Assembly (NCBI RefSeq): GCF_001194135.2
Contig: NC_068996.1
Location: 50,903,269 to 50,962,747, forward strand
Origin: Octopus bimaculoides
Taxonomy: Eukaryota
Length of the DNA stretch: 59,479 nt
Direction: 5' to 3'
Made by a program: the position numbers and the translations under genes. The notes under the pieces are model-generated. The model was given only the letters and a program-made list of their open reading frames with translations. It had not been told where the DNA came from and did not search any database. The stretch's first letter is position 1; every line of letters starts with the position of its first letter. Of the stretch, positions 23,949 to 35,991 are shown piece by piece.

Positions 23949-24994
23949 NNNNNNNNNNNNNNNNNNNNNNNNNNNNNNNNNNNNNNNNNNNNNNNNNNNN
24001 NNNNNNNNNNNNNNNNNNNNNNNNNNNNNNNNNNNNNNNNNNNNNNNNNNNNNNNNNNNNNNNNNNNNNNNNNNNNNNNNNNNNNNNNNNNNNNNNNNNN
24101 NNNNNNNNNNNNNNNNNNNNNNNNNNNNNNNNNNNNNNNNNNNNNNNNNNNNNNNNNNNNNNNNNNNNNNNNNNNNNNNNNNNNNNNNNNNNNNNNNNNN
24201 NNNNNNNNNNNNNNNNNNNNNNNNNNNNNNNNNNNNNNNNNNNNNNNNNNNNNNNNNNNNNNNNNNNNNNNNNNNNNNNNNNNNNNNNNNNNNNNNNNNN
24301 NNNNNNNNNNNNNNNNNNNNNNNNNNNNNNNNNNNNNNNNNNNNNNNNNNNNNNNNNNNNNNNNNNNNNNNNNNNNNNNNNNNNNNNNNNNNNNNNNNNN
24401 NNNNNNNNNNNNNNNNNNNNNNNNNNNNNNNNNNNNNNNNNNNNNNNNNNNNNNNNNNNNNNNNNNNNNNNNNNNNNNNNNNNNNNNNNNNNNNNNNNNN
24501 NNNNNNAAAGAAAAATATTTAGAAAAAAGTATACAGACCTTAACAGTAATTTAATATGTTGCATATTTATGAATTTATAAAATTAAAAAGTTATTTTTCT
24601 CGGCCACACATGTGTCCCTTATAGTTTGTGATGTACTTGAAATTTGCTGCTTGTGTTATGAAGGGAAAAAAGGAACCCCCCCCCCACTTCATAATGTATA
24701 AGTTCTGTCTTTGGCTCATGTAACTACTTATTTTATCATCACATGGCAAGACATACTAATTGAATCATTTATGTCACTGGTTTCCACTAGCCTTAATTTG
24801 TTTTACTTCATTCCTGGCTGAATGTCCACGACTTAACCGGTTTAAACTTTTGATTGTTTACCCAACAGTTCATTAAAGTTCTTCACTATAATAATATTGT
24901 TGTTGCCAACAATTCTACCAAGTTGTTCTAAGCGGCATTACATAGTGAAGTTATTTTTTTGCCTTTTTAACTTCAGATCATTCTATAACCCATC

Positions 24995-25445
24995 CAAGCT
25001 TTCTTCTTGTTTCAGTCATTAGACTGCGGCCATGCTGGAACACTGTGTTAAGGAATCTTCCACGAACCCCACCCCCTCAGTACTTTCATATTTTGAAATT
25101 GTTTTTTTTAAAGCCTGGTACTTACTTTATCTGTCTCTTTTTGCTGAACCACTAATTTTTAGGGACATAAACACACCAACAAATGTGGTGAGCTGGCAGA
25201 AAGTCAGCACACAGGGCAAAATGCTTAGTGGTATTTTGTCTGTCTTTATGCTCTGAGTTCAAATTCCAGCAATGTCGACTTTGCCTTTCATCCTTTCGGG
25301 GTCAATAAATTAAGTACCTGTTATATATTGGGGTTGATCTAATCAACTGGCCCCCTCCCCAAAAAATTACAGGCCTTGTGCCTAGAGTTGAAAAGAATAA
25401 ACACACCAATACTGGTTGTCAAGCAGGGGTGAAGAGGCACACTCA
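24995..25445 (-). mobile_element. SINE family A split by a family-B insertion
   Basis: Continuous family-A sequence on both sides of 25180-25396. Confidence 0.8.
25180..25396 (+). mobile_element. SINE family B with 13-bp TSD
   Basis: ATAAACACACCAA at 25167-79 and 25397-409. Confidence 0.9.
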
Positions 25446-25464
25446 CACATATAATATATGTATG

Positions 25465-25521
<57 letters not shown>

Positions 25522-25713
25522 GTATGTATTATATTTCAAGTATCTATTCACACATGACGGAAGCCCAAATGCAAACCTGGAAGTATATATAATAGTACTA
25601 CTGGATGGTACAGGGTGAAATCTGAAGGTGGGTGAGCTTTATACTGTACTCTACAATGCTCTTAACAGAATATAACATAACTAATATATATATACATATA
25701 TATATATAGTTTA

Positions 25714-26071
25714 GGCGTAGGAGTGGCTGTATGGTAAGTAGCTTGCTTACCAACCACATGGTCCCGGGTTCAATCCCACTGCGTGGCATCTTGGGCAAGT
25801 GTCTTCTACTATAGCCTCGGGCCGACCAATGCCTTGTGAGTGGATTTGGTATGTGTGTATGTGTTTGTGTGTCTGTGTTTGTCCCCCCAACATCGCTTGA
25901 CAACCGATGCTGGTGTGTTTATGTCCCTGTAACTTAGCGGTTCGGCAAAAGAGACCGAAAGAATAAGTACTAGGCTTCCAAAGAATAAGTCCTGGGGTCG
26001 ATTTGCTCGACTAAAGGCGGTGTCCCAGCATGGCCACAGTCAAAAGACTGAAACAAGTAAAAGAGTAAGAG
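25714..26071 (+). mobile_element. SINE family A, well-preserved copy
   Basis: GGCGTAGGAGTGGCTGTATGGTAAG head, CTTGGGCAAGT core, CpG-retaining body and tail. Confidence 0.9.
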
Positions 26072-26101
26072 TTTATTATAATTCTTTTCTTACACTGAAA
26101 A

Positions 26102-26134
<33 letters not shown>

Positions 26135-26139
26135 TATGA

Positions 26140-26290
26140 CTAGCTTCTCTCAGTTTCTGCCTACCAAACCCACTCACAAGGCTTTGGTGAGCTCAGGGCT
26201 ACAGTAGAAGACACTTGCTGATGGTGTCATGCAGAGGTATTGAACCTAGAACCATATGATTGGGAAGCAAACTTCTTACTACACAGCCAC
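26140..26290 (-). mobile_element. SINE family A 5' half
   Basis: Reverse complement of the head and core. Confidence 0.8.
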
Positions 26291-26549
26291 TTTTTTTTTT
26301 AAAAAGAATCTTTCAGCCTATTTCTTTTGCAACTGCTATGTTATCTCCATCTAAAATACACACAGGGACAAATTCAAAGCCTTATTTATCCTTTCAACTA
26401 GTTTCAGCTTGAGGGTTGTGGACATGCTGGAGCACCACTATATTTTTATCAACCAGTAGCATTCTAATAATGTAAAATGCTGTGCTTTTATATTTCACTG
26501 TATGTAACATGTAAAACAGGTTTAATTAAGTTGGTAATATGATAAGAAT

Positions 26550-27050
26550 TACCATATGCCAGTGTCACATGAAAAGCAGCCATATAAAAAGCCCCCATAC
26601 TGGCGCCAAATAAAAAGCACCTGTGCTGTTAGCACACAAAAAAGCACCTGTGCTGCTGGCACACGAGAATGCACCTGTGCTGGTGATACATAGGAAGGCA
26701 CCTGTGCTGGTGGCACACAAGAAAGCACCTGTGCTGCTGGCACACAAGAAAGCACCTGTGCTGGTGGCACACAAGAAAATACCTGTGCCAGTGCCACGTA
26801 AAGAAGAACTTGTGCTGGTGTCATGTAAAAGAGCACCCATACCAGTGTCACACAAAAAGCAGCTGTGCTGGCCTCATGTAATATACATCCGGTACACTTT
26901 GTAAAGCAGCTTGCATTAAAAAGGGCATCCAGCTGTAGAAACTATGCCAAAACATAACTGGTGCCTGGTGCAGCTCTCTGGCTTGCCAGCTCCTGTCGAA
27001 CTGTCCAACCCATAACAGCATGGAAATACAGATGTTAAATGGTGATGATG
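26550..27050 (+). mobile_element. SINE family C with an expanded internal 30-bp minisatellite (about 26612-26870)
   Basis: Unit about AAAAGCACCTGTGCTGSTGGCACACAAGAA, around 8 copies, followed by AAGGGCATCCAGCTGTAGAAAC and a GAT tail. Confidence 0.85.
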
Positions 27051-27269
27051 AATTTAGTTAAAATATCTTTGTTGTTATTAAGCTGCTAGTTGGAACTTTT
27101 TAAACATGAAATTTTGATGGAAGGTTTTAATTTAGTTTTATTTTAAAACAGAAAGTTTTATGTCATGGAACCAAGGGCCAGTCTTGGGCAAGTTGATAGG
27201 AAAAGTGTGAATAATTTTAATGGCTGTCACACTTTTATCCTTCTTTCTTGAGATATTTCTATGATGTAT

Positions 27270-27470
27270 ATTGGTTTCAAGTTTTGGCACAAGGCCAGCA
27301 ATTTCAACATAGAGTGGGTAAATTGATAACATCAATCTAAGACTTATTTTATCGACCATGAAAAGGTGAAAGACAAGGTTGACCTTGGCACAATTTGAAC
27401 TCAGAATGTAAAGTCAGAAGAAATTCCACTAAGCATTTTACTCTAACCATCCTGCTAGCTTGCTGCCATC
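27270..27470 (-). mobile_element. SINE family B
   Basis: Reverse-complement motifs. Confidence 0.75.
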
Positions 27471-27574
27471 TTTCGTTTTTTTTTTACATGAAACTGAATT
27501 TATTCCATTTCCTTTTTGGTTTTCATTTTTTTCTTTTTTAATTCTTTTACACTCCTGAACATTTCAGTTTCATT

Positions 27575-27720
27575 AGTGGCGAATTGGCAAAGTTGTTTGG
27601 GCATTGAACAGAATTCTTTCTTGATATTTGTTCTGCACCATGCATTCCAAGTTCAAATCCTATTGAAGCCAACTTTACCTTTCATCCTTTCAGGGTCAAT
27701 AAGATCTAGCACTGATCCAT
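27575..27720 (+). mobile_element. SINE family B, truncated
   Basis: AGTTCAAATCC…CCTTTCATCCTTTCAGGGTCAATAA. Confidence 0.65.
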
Positions 27721-27894
27721 GATGGTGGATTGATAGAACTGTAAGAACATTGAACCAGATGTCTTGTGATAATTTGTTCAAATATCACAAGGCATCTAGT
27801 TGAGCTGTGAGTTCAAATTCTGCCTTGGCCTACCTGGGTGCCAAGCTTAATCCATCACCCAATTCAACACCAATGATTGGCAACTTATGTGCTT

Positions 27895-27985
27895 TAGGGC
27901 GGAATTTGAACTCAGAACATAACGGCAGATGAAATACCATTAAGCATTTCGCCCGGCGTGCTAACGTTTCTGCCAGTTCCCCACT
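27895..27985 (-). mobile_element. SINE family B head only
   Basis: GAATTTGAACTCAGAAC…GCCCGGCGTGCTAACGTTTCTGCCAG. Confidence 0.75.
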
Positions 27986-30689
27986 TTCTTTCAGTTTCTG
28001 CCTACCAAACCCACTCACAAGGCAACATATGTTTTACAGAGTGAGGATACCTTCTTCCCTCTCTGCCTGCCTCCCTCCCTCCCTGTTTGGGAAGCCTTGT
28101 AACAGGTCATGGACACTCATTAATATTGACTAAAACACCAAAATAAAAAAGAATGAAAAAATAGAAAAAAAAAATTCAATGAATCATTGTTGAAAATCTG
28201 CTTCACTGTGTCATTATTCCTTTGGTATATTCTGCAGAAAAATCTGTGATATGTCTCAGATTAAAAAAAAAAAAAAAATTAAAAGAGAGAGGGAGAAAGA
28301 GAAGGTGAAGTATGTTATTACTTCTGTGGCGAAGTATTTCTGTTAGACATTTTTTTTTTTGCTGTCTTACCAAATTCTTCCATTATGCATCTCACTCGGT
28401 ACCTGTATTTTGTATTTTATTCCATTAAAAAAAAACTAAAAAAAAGAAACTTCAAAAGTAATAAATAAGTACACCTTTGATTTTGCTCAAACAGTTTTGA
28501 AAATGTAAACATTGTTGAACTGTTGGAACTAAGTCTGTTGATTGTGTTACATGTAGTTTGTAATGGTGAACATAGCTAGCTTGATTAACTTGAAGCGCAC
28601 ACACCAATTATGATGTTGCACCTGGCTTAGAGGCACATTGTAACTGCTGTGAGGGTGCTTCAAACACCCAGTCATAAGCTTAGTACTATTGGCCTACTCA
28701 GCCATCAATATCTCTTAGTTTATCATTGATTGGTAAATATTTTCATTGGCAGTGAATCCGATGACTGGCTTGCTTTGTCATCGCTTTGTTTCTCATGCTT
28801 CTAACAGTCTTTTGTATCATCCCACTTCCACATCTTTTGACATATTTAAGAATCTATTTCTTGGCATTCCTTTGTAATTGTTCTTTCTTTCTTTCTAACC
28901 CTAACCCTGCCCAGTCTTTCTTCTGCAACGTTTCTTGCACTGGAATTCCCTGCCTCAGTTCATTCTCATTTTGCATGCATTGAAGTAAAATGTAAATTTC
29001 CCATAACTCACCCACTCTTCTGCAAGAAAACTTCATATGATCCCCCTGATAATAATATAGAAGCCTTCTATAATAATATAGAAGCTGGAAAAAACTCTTC
29101 TCCAGTAGAATGGTTTATAGAGAAGTTTGTGTGTGTGAATGTTTGCATGTTTGTGCAGATGTGTATCTGAGTATGTGTAAATGTGTGTGTGTGAATGTTT
29201 GCATGTGTGAAGGTGTTATTGTCTGTGTGTTTGTGTAGTTTGTGTTTGCATCTACATGCTTGTAAATATGTGCATACACTCATGAGGTCTATGAATGTGT
29301 CTGCATGCACACACATGTACATCTGATGTTATTAGTTTTGATATACAACTCATGTCAGTATAAGCAGACATACATTAATTGTTTATGGGTATTCACTCTC
29401 TTATTGAAGAAGGTAAAAAAATTTTGTTTTTTGTATTTCATTAGGTTTAGCAACAGTTTAAAAATAAAAATAAGAATCTCTTGTTAGATACACTGCTACT
29501 TTCTATTAACATTCCTTTTATAATCAAGCAACGAGAGAAACCAACTTGTGCAAGAATTCAGTATCTGTGGTAAAAGTATTGTTTCCAACCATGTAACTGT
29601 TATAGAGTGTCCTAGGTATGACTTTAAATTGCATCTGGTTGTGGGGCTCTGGTGTGGGAGTTCCCGTGTTTTGAGGAGTGTGGAATCACCTCTTGACCAC
29701 TGTAGTTCTCAAGACTACTCTGATCCAGAGTCGTAACACCTGTCAGGGTCCCAGTTGTGGGTTAATTAGGATATTGGGGCTTCCTAGCTATGCATGTGAA
29801 GACTGGATCAAGCATACTCTGCAGATGAAACCTTCATAGTTCAACAGAGGGGAAGGCAGCTGCAGCAATGCATCAGGAAGTGCAGAGAGCAAACTGAGGC
29901 AAGTAATACATCTTGGCCGTCCACTGCATCTGTCCCCATTTCCGATCATCTTGAACTGGTCTTTCCACCAGAATGAAGATAGTCACAGACAAGAGAGTGA
30001 GACTGACAGTGTGCAGCTCTTCTTCACCTTAAATAAAATCTCTGTGCCCTTAAGGATGACTAAGATGGTCCTTGTTGTTCTAACAGATGAACATGTACAT
30101 CTGTTTTAGAGAGTATAAACTTATGGTGATATTCAAAAGACAATTGGTTAATAGACCTAATTCTCTGTACATTCTTAGAACTTCATCTTCACTCCACTCT
30201 CGTCGTAAACCTAATTTTATGAGATTAAATACATATAGTTATGTGTTTGTATATTTATTCATTGGTAACCTATATTACATAGATACTCTTATAATTCTGT
30301 CCTACCATTAGTTTTGCACCATTATGTAAATGAGTTGTATCAGAAGTTTCATTTGCATTTTAACAAGTAGCCTTCGTTTACCATTATTGAGAAAGGAGTG
30401 AATGAATCTTGATGGATTGTTGAATAATATTAATAATAAAACCACTTGGTTCTGTCCTCATCTAAGGTCTTCCCAAAGAAAAGATTCTTTTTGTCCTAAC
30501 CTTAAATTCAAAGTGAGATTAAATGCATTAAATATGCATGGATATGCATGCTTAAATTTCATTGGTTTATTGCAGGTCAGTTGCTTAAAGGGAGACAACT
30601 GCACCACAGGTTACTGTGATGGTTCAGTTGCTATTTGCTCCAAACATTTTAGATCAATTAAAGCACTTACAAAGCAGCCACCCAGTAAA

Positions 30690-30852
30690 CTGTATAAAAT
30701 GGTTGCCATTAGGAAGGGCACCTAGCCATTGAAACCATGCCAAGACAGACATTGGAACCTGGTGCAGCTCCTGGGCTTACCAGTTCCTGTCAAACCTTCG
30801 AATCCGTGCTGGCACGGAAAGAGGACATTAAATGATGATGATGATCATGATG
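30690..30852 (+). mobile_element. SINE family C 3' part
   Basis: GTTGCCATTAGGAAGGGCACCTAG…GGACATTAAATGATGATGATG. Confidence 0.8.
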
Positions 30853-31334
30853 ATAGTAGCAATATTGTTTGCTATGTTGATTTTCTTTTGGCTGATCTGA
30901 AAATGGCAAATAAAAAAGACAACCAGAAAAAATTTGCAACATATAGAGATCTATGCATGCAGTTTAATCAAATGTGATTCTCTGAGTATGTTGCCTTTAC
31001 CATAAGCAGATTAACATCCCTGTGCTGCAGCATGTATTCTGTAGTTGCTATGTTTCATACATTTGACACAGTCCAATGCAGAGAAATAAATAACATATGA
31101 TGGATGATGCAATAGAAGTGATTTAACCCAGGATAGACAATATTAGAAATGATATATATTTGTATAGCCCCTCGTTGAGCAGAGTGACACAGTGGAAGTG
31201 TACTGGGTGGGACTGTTACTCGGAGATCTGCTGATTGGAACTATAATCCGTGAAGAAATGGATACTATTTTTGATAGTTATACATTTCAGCTGAGTTATC
31301 TACAAGTATACCAACCATATATATATATATATAT

Positions 31335-31375
<41 letters not shown>

Positions 31376-31638
31376 NNNNNNNNNNNNNNNNNNNNNNNNN
31401 NNNNNNNNNNNNNNNNNNNNNNNNNNNNNNNNNNNNNNNNNNNNNNNNNNNNNNNNNNNNNNNNNNNNNNNNNNNNNNNNNNNNNNNNNNNNNNNNNNNN
31501 NNNNNNNNNNNNNNNNNNNNNNNNNNNNNNNNNNNNNNNNNNNNNNNNNNNNNNNNNNNNNNNNNNNNNNNNNNNNNNNNNNNNNNNNNNNNNNNNNNNN
31601 NNNNNNNNNNNNNNNNNNNNNNNNNNNNNNNNNNNNNN

Positions 31639-31709
<71 letters not shown>

Positions 31710-32162
31710 CACTATTGATCAGACTGTCAGATGTTGTTATACATTGCTGGTCACAATGTGCTTCCTTGCATTGTTGTAGCTGTTGACTGATGCCCCTCTG
31801 TTGCTTTGGCAGGCAAGCCAACATTCTCCCTGAATGGGGTACCCATCTATAGGGTTACCCATGTATATGGGAGAAATTACAATAAACACAAGTTTATATC
31901 ATTTATTCCCTACATATGTTTCACCATTGTGGTTGTTTGGAATCTAAGCACTGGATTCTCTAAGAGCAGTTGAATGCTTAACCACTATAGATTATCTGGG
32001 AATACTTTAATTCCTCTTCTGTATATCATGACTAAAATACTACAAAGTAGTTGCTTAACCACAATGCTGAAAACAGGCTGGATGATGATAATCTACAAAG
32101 AGCTCTAAACCTAACTGAACCAGTTGTACATTTAATTGAACATATGATATATGTTGGTACAT

Positions 32163-32196
<34 letters not shown>

Positions 32197-32671
32197 TCAC
32201 TCACTATGTAAAATGACTTCTGTTAAGAGCGGGATCTAACGGTAGAAAGCATACTAGATAAAATACATGAGTGAGGCACAGTATCCCCCTACCTCCAATA
32301 CATTTTGGATAGTAACTCTAAGTTCCAACTCAGACCTGAAACCCATTCTCCCAGCCATGCCAGCTTAGAAATCAGATGTAAAAATGATGCTGATGTGTGT
32401 GTGTGTTTAATTTATTTAACAAATTATTGCAAAATTATATTTTTGCAATTAGCTAAAATAAATTGTAAGAAAGCGATGTAGCAAAAACCCTGTTTTAGTA
32501 AATCTTATGTTTGTATTGAAGAACCTTAGTGTAGGCTATGTTGCTTTTCACCCTTCAGCATCTCTACATATCAACAAACAAACATCAAAACAGTGGTGGT
32601 GGTGGTGGTGGTGGTGGTAGTGGGGCTCTATACAATTGCTCTTTAATTACCTTCGAAGCACAACATAGCAT

Positions 32672-32810
32672 TCATCATCATTATCATCATGAAACACCTG
32701 TTTTTCATGCTTGCATGGGTTGGACAGGTTGAAAGAATCTGAAGAGGTGCAGAACTGGATCAAACTTCAATGTTTGCTTTGGCATGGTTTTTGCAGCTGG
32801 ATGCCCTTAG
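32672..32810 (-). mobile_element. SINE family C 3' part
   Basis: CATCATC…TTTCATGCTTGCATGGGTTGGAC…GCTGGATGCCCTT. Confidence 0.75.
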
Positions 32811-32818
32811 CGTGACCT

Positions 32819-32856
<38 letters not shown>

Positions 32857-32983
32857 GCACATGTTGAGAAATGTACTCTTGGACACCATTTATTGAAATT
32901 AAGATAGGTTGGTCATGCCTGGAATATTTTAGTTATTGGCCTGCTGATCCTAGCCTCAGCAGCAATGAGCACGTGCACACACA

Positions 32984-33060
<77 letters not shown>

Positions 33061-33124
33061 CTCTCCCCCTTACACACTCTCACTTATTCAGTTCATTAAT
33101 TTTTATTGTCATGAAATGTATAAA

Positions 33125-33592
33125 AGATAAATCAGTTTCAATTTTTGGTGCAAGGCCAGCAATTTTGGTGGAGGGGTAAGTCAATTACATTGACTCCAGT
33201 GGACAACTGGTACTTATTCTATAGACCCCGAAAGGACAAAAGTTGACTCTGGCAGAATTTGAACTCAAAATGTAAAGACAGAAAATGGCACTAAAGTATT
33301 TTGCTCGCTTTGCTAATGGGTCTGCAAACTCACTGCCTTAGAATGTATAAGTTGTATATTCTTTTCTACTCTAGGCACAAGGGGCTAAACATAGAGGGGA
33401 CAAACAAGGACAGACAAAGGGATTAAGTCGATTACATCGACCCCAGTGCGTAACTGGTACTTAATTTATCGACCCCAAAAAGATGAAAGGCAAAGCCAAC
33501 CTCGGCGGAATTTGAACTCAGAACGTAAAGACACACGAAATACCGCTAAACATTTGGCTCGGCGTGCTAATGTTTCTGCCAGCTTACCACCT
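33125..33592 (-). mobile_element. Two adjacent family-B SINEs (old 33125-33340, young 33360-33592)
   Basis: Two heads and two bodies; the second keeps its CpGs. Confidence 0.85.
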
Positions 33593-34058
33593 TGTATAAG
33601 ATGTATATTAAAAGATGATGGTAAAGATAAGACGACGAGTCGGGGGGAAGACACAAGGGGGGAGATGGTGATAAATGAGTGTTTATGGATATGTATGAAC
33701 GTGCATCCAAACACGCATGTGGCAATAGTCAAATATGGCCTAAACCATAATAGCTAAAACAGAGTTATAGATTAAAGAAGATACATTTATGTGCATGCAC
33801 ACACCCACACACATACACACATGTGGGTTTATGAATACTGATACACACCATACATACTTATTTGGGCATGCACACAAATTTCCTAGAAGCGATTTTTGTA
33901 ATCTGGGACATTTGATTGCTTCTGGTTAAGTGTTCATCTTAATGCTGTCACAAGACCAAAGCAGGGTGCAATAGTCCAGGCAATTGAGATGAACTACTTT
34001 CCACAGGATCAATTTGACTTCCTGTTTTACTGTAAATAATCTTACAGGCAATCCTGCC

Positions 34059-34099
<41 letters not shown>

Positions 34100-34229
34100 T
34101 ATATGAGTGTTGGGCTTCTTGGAGGCAAGTGGCTGAGTTCCTTTTGAACGCTGGGCCTCACTTAGGTAATAATCAAAATCTTTGATATTATGTTGTGTTT
34201 GAGAAGATCCATCAAACTGAGCAAAATCG

Positions 34230-34398
34230 CAGTCATGGTGTCACACAAATGGCACTTGTGCTGGTAGCATGTAAAAGCACCCATTACACTCTGAGTGGTT
34301 GGCATTGGGAAGGGCATCCAGCCTTCCAGTGTGCCAGCCCAGTCAAACCGTCCAACCCATGCCAGCATGGACAACGGATGTTAAATGATGATGATGAT
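34230..34398 (+). mobile_element. SINE family C
   Basis: GTAAAAGCACCC…GGAAGGGCATCCAGC…GGATGTTAAATGATGATG. Confidence 0.8.
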
Positions 34399-34419
34399 AT
34401 ATATATATATGTTCTCTTT

Positions 34420-34792
34420 TCACTTTTATTCTCTTTTACACATTCTGGGGCACCACCTTTAGTTGAAGAAATTGACCCCAGGACTTATTCTTTGTAAGTC
34501 TAGTACTTATTCTATCTGTATTTTTGCTGAGCCACTAGGCTTTGGGGACATAAGCACACCAACATCAGTTGTCAAGTGATGGTGGTGGTGGTGGTGGTGG
34601 CAAACACAGACAAATGTATATACATATATAAACATGACGGGCTTCTTTCAGTTTCCGTCTACCAAACCCACTCACAAGGCTTTGATCAGCCCGAGGCTTA
34701 TAGTAGAAGGTACTTGCTCAAGCTGCCATGCAGTGGAACTGAACCCAGAACCATGTGGTTGAGACACAAGCATCATGCCACACCTGCACCTA
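34420..34792 (-). mobile_element. SINE family A
   Basis: Reverse complement, near full length. Confidence 0.85.
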
Positions 34793-35289
34793 ACTATATA
34801 NNNNNNNNNNNNNNNNNNNNNNNNNNNNNNNNNNNNNNNNNNNNNNNNNNNNNNNNNNNNNNNNNNNNNNNNNNNNNNNNNNNNNNNNNNNNNNNNNNNN
34901 NNNNNNNNNNNNNNNNNNNNNNNNNNNNNNNNNNNNNNNNNNNNNNNNNNNNNNNNNNNNNNNNNNNNNNNNATATATATATATATATAGACATTAGTGA
35001 CACTTTCAGCTTAAGGATAATACTTTGTTGGGTGCATAAAATAGTATGATGTTTTCATCAGAAGTATTTTTTGCAAAACTGTCATATGTGGGGCTTACTA
35101 CACTTTTTGCAAAATGCTAAACTGTTGTACTGCACTTGGACAATTTTTGATATCTTGGCATCTGAAGCAACTGGAGATACGATAGTTTGACCAAAAGGAC
35201 CAGCTATTGCAAGCAAAAATAAACATTAAAAAAAACACATTTGGACATACAACAGTTTAACATAATAGCAATGATATATATTATTTAAA

Positions 35290-35470
35290 GGCAGTGAGTT
35301 GGTGGAATAGTTAGCTCACAGGATAAAATGCCTAACAGCATTTTGTTTGACTTTACATCCTGTGTTTAAATTCCATTGATTGACTCTGCCTCCCATTTTT
35401 GGGGAGTCAATAAATTAAGTACCAGTTGAGAACTGGAATCAATGTAATTGATTAACCTCTGTCCCCATAA
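35290..35470 (+). mobile_element. SINE family B, old
   Basis: GGCAGTGAGTTGGTGGAATAGTTAGC…TAAATTAAGTACCAG. Confidence 0.7.
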
Positions 35471-35608
35471 TATAGTGTAAGGGTTTATATATGTTATAAT
35501 CAACTGTATGGTTTTAATGTCTCCTGGTTGCAGTATGTTGAGTATGCTGATGTTCTTGGAATTTTCCTGTTTAATTTCATGATGTTTTCATCAGCCTATG
35601 CATATGAA

Positions 35609-35991
35609 GTGGAGGCGCAATGGCCCAATGGTTAGGGCAGCGGACTCGCGGTCATAGGATCGCGGTTTCGATTCCCAGACCGGGCATTGTGAGTGTTTAT
35701 TGAGCGAAAACACCTAAAGCTCCATGAGGCTCTGGCAGGGGATGGTGGCGAACCCTGCTGTACTCTTTCACCACAACTTTCTCTCACTCTTTCTTCCTGT
35801 TTCTGTTGTACCTGTAATTCAAAGGGTCAGCCTTGTCACACTGTGTCATGCTGAATATCCCTGAGAACTACGTTCAGGGTACATGTGTCTGTGGAGTGCT
35901 CAGCCACTTGCACGTTAATTTCACAAGCAGGCTGTTCCGTTGATCGAATCAACTGGAACCCTCGACGTCGTAAGCGACGGAGTGCCAACAA
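35609..35991 (+). mobile_element. Full-length tRNA-derived SINE family D
   Basis: Head GGAGGCGCAATGGCCCAATGGTTAGGGCAGCGG…GGTTTCGATTCCC; probable TSD TGCATATGAA (35599-608) / TGTATATGAA (35992-36001). Confidence 0.85.

Noticed and set aside
28895-28907. CTAACCCTAACCC telomere-like repeat
   Set aside because: Only two units; expected by chance.
35611-35685. tRNA gene
   Set aside because: The tRNA-like head continues directly into a SINE body with TSD; no intact acceptor stem or terminator.
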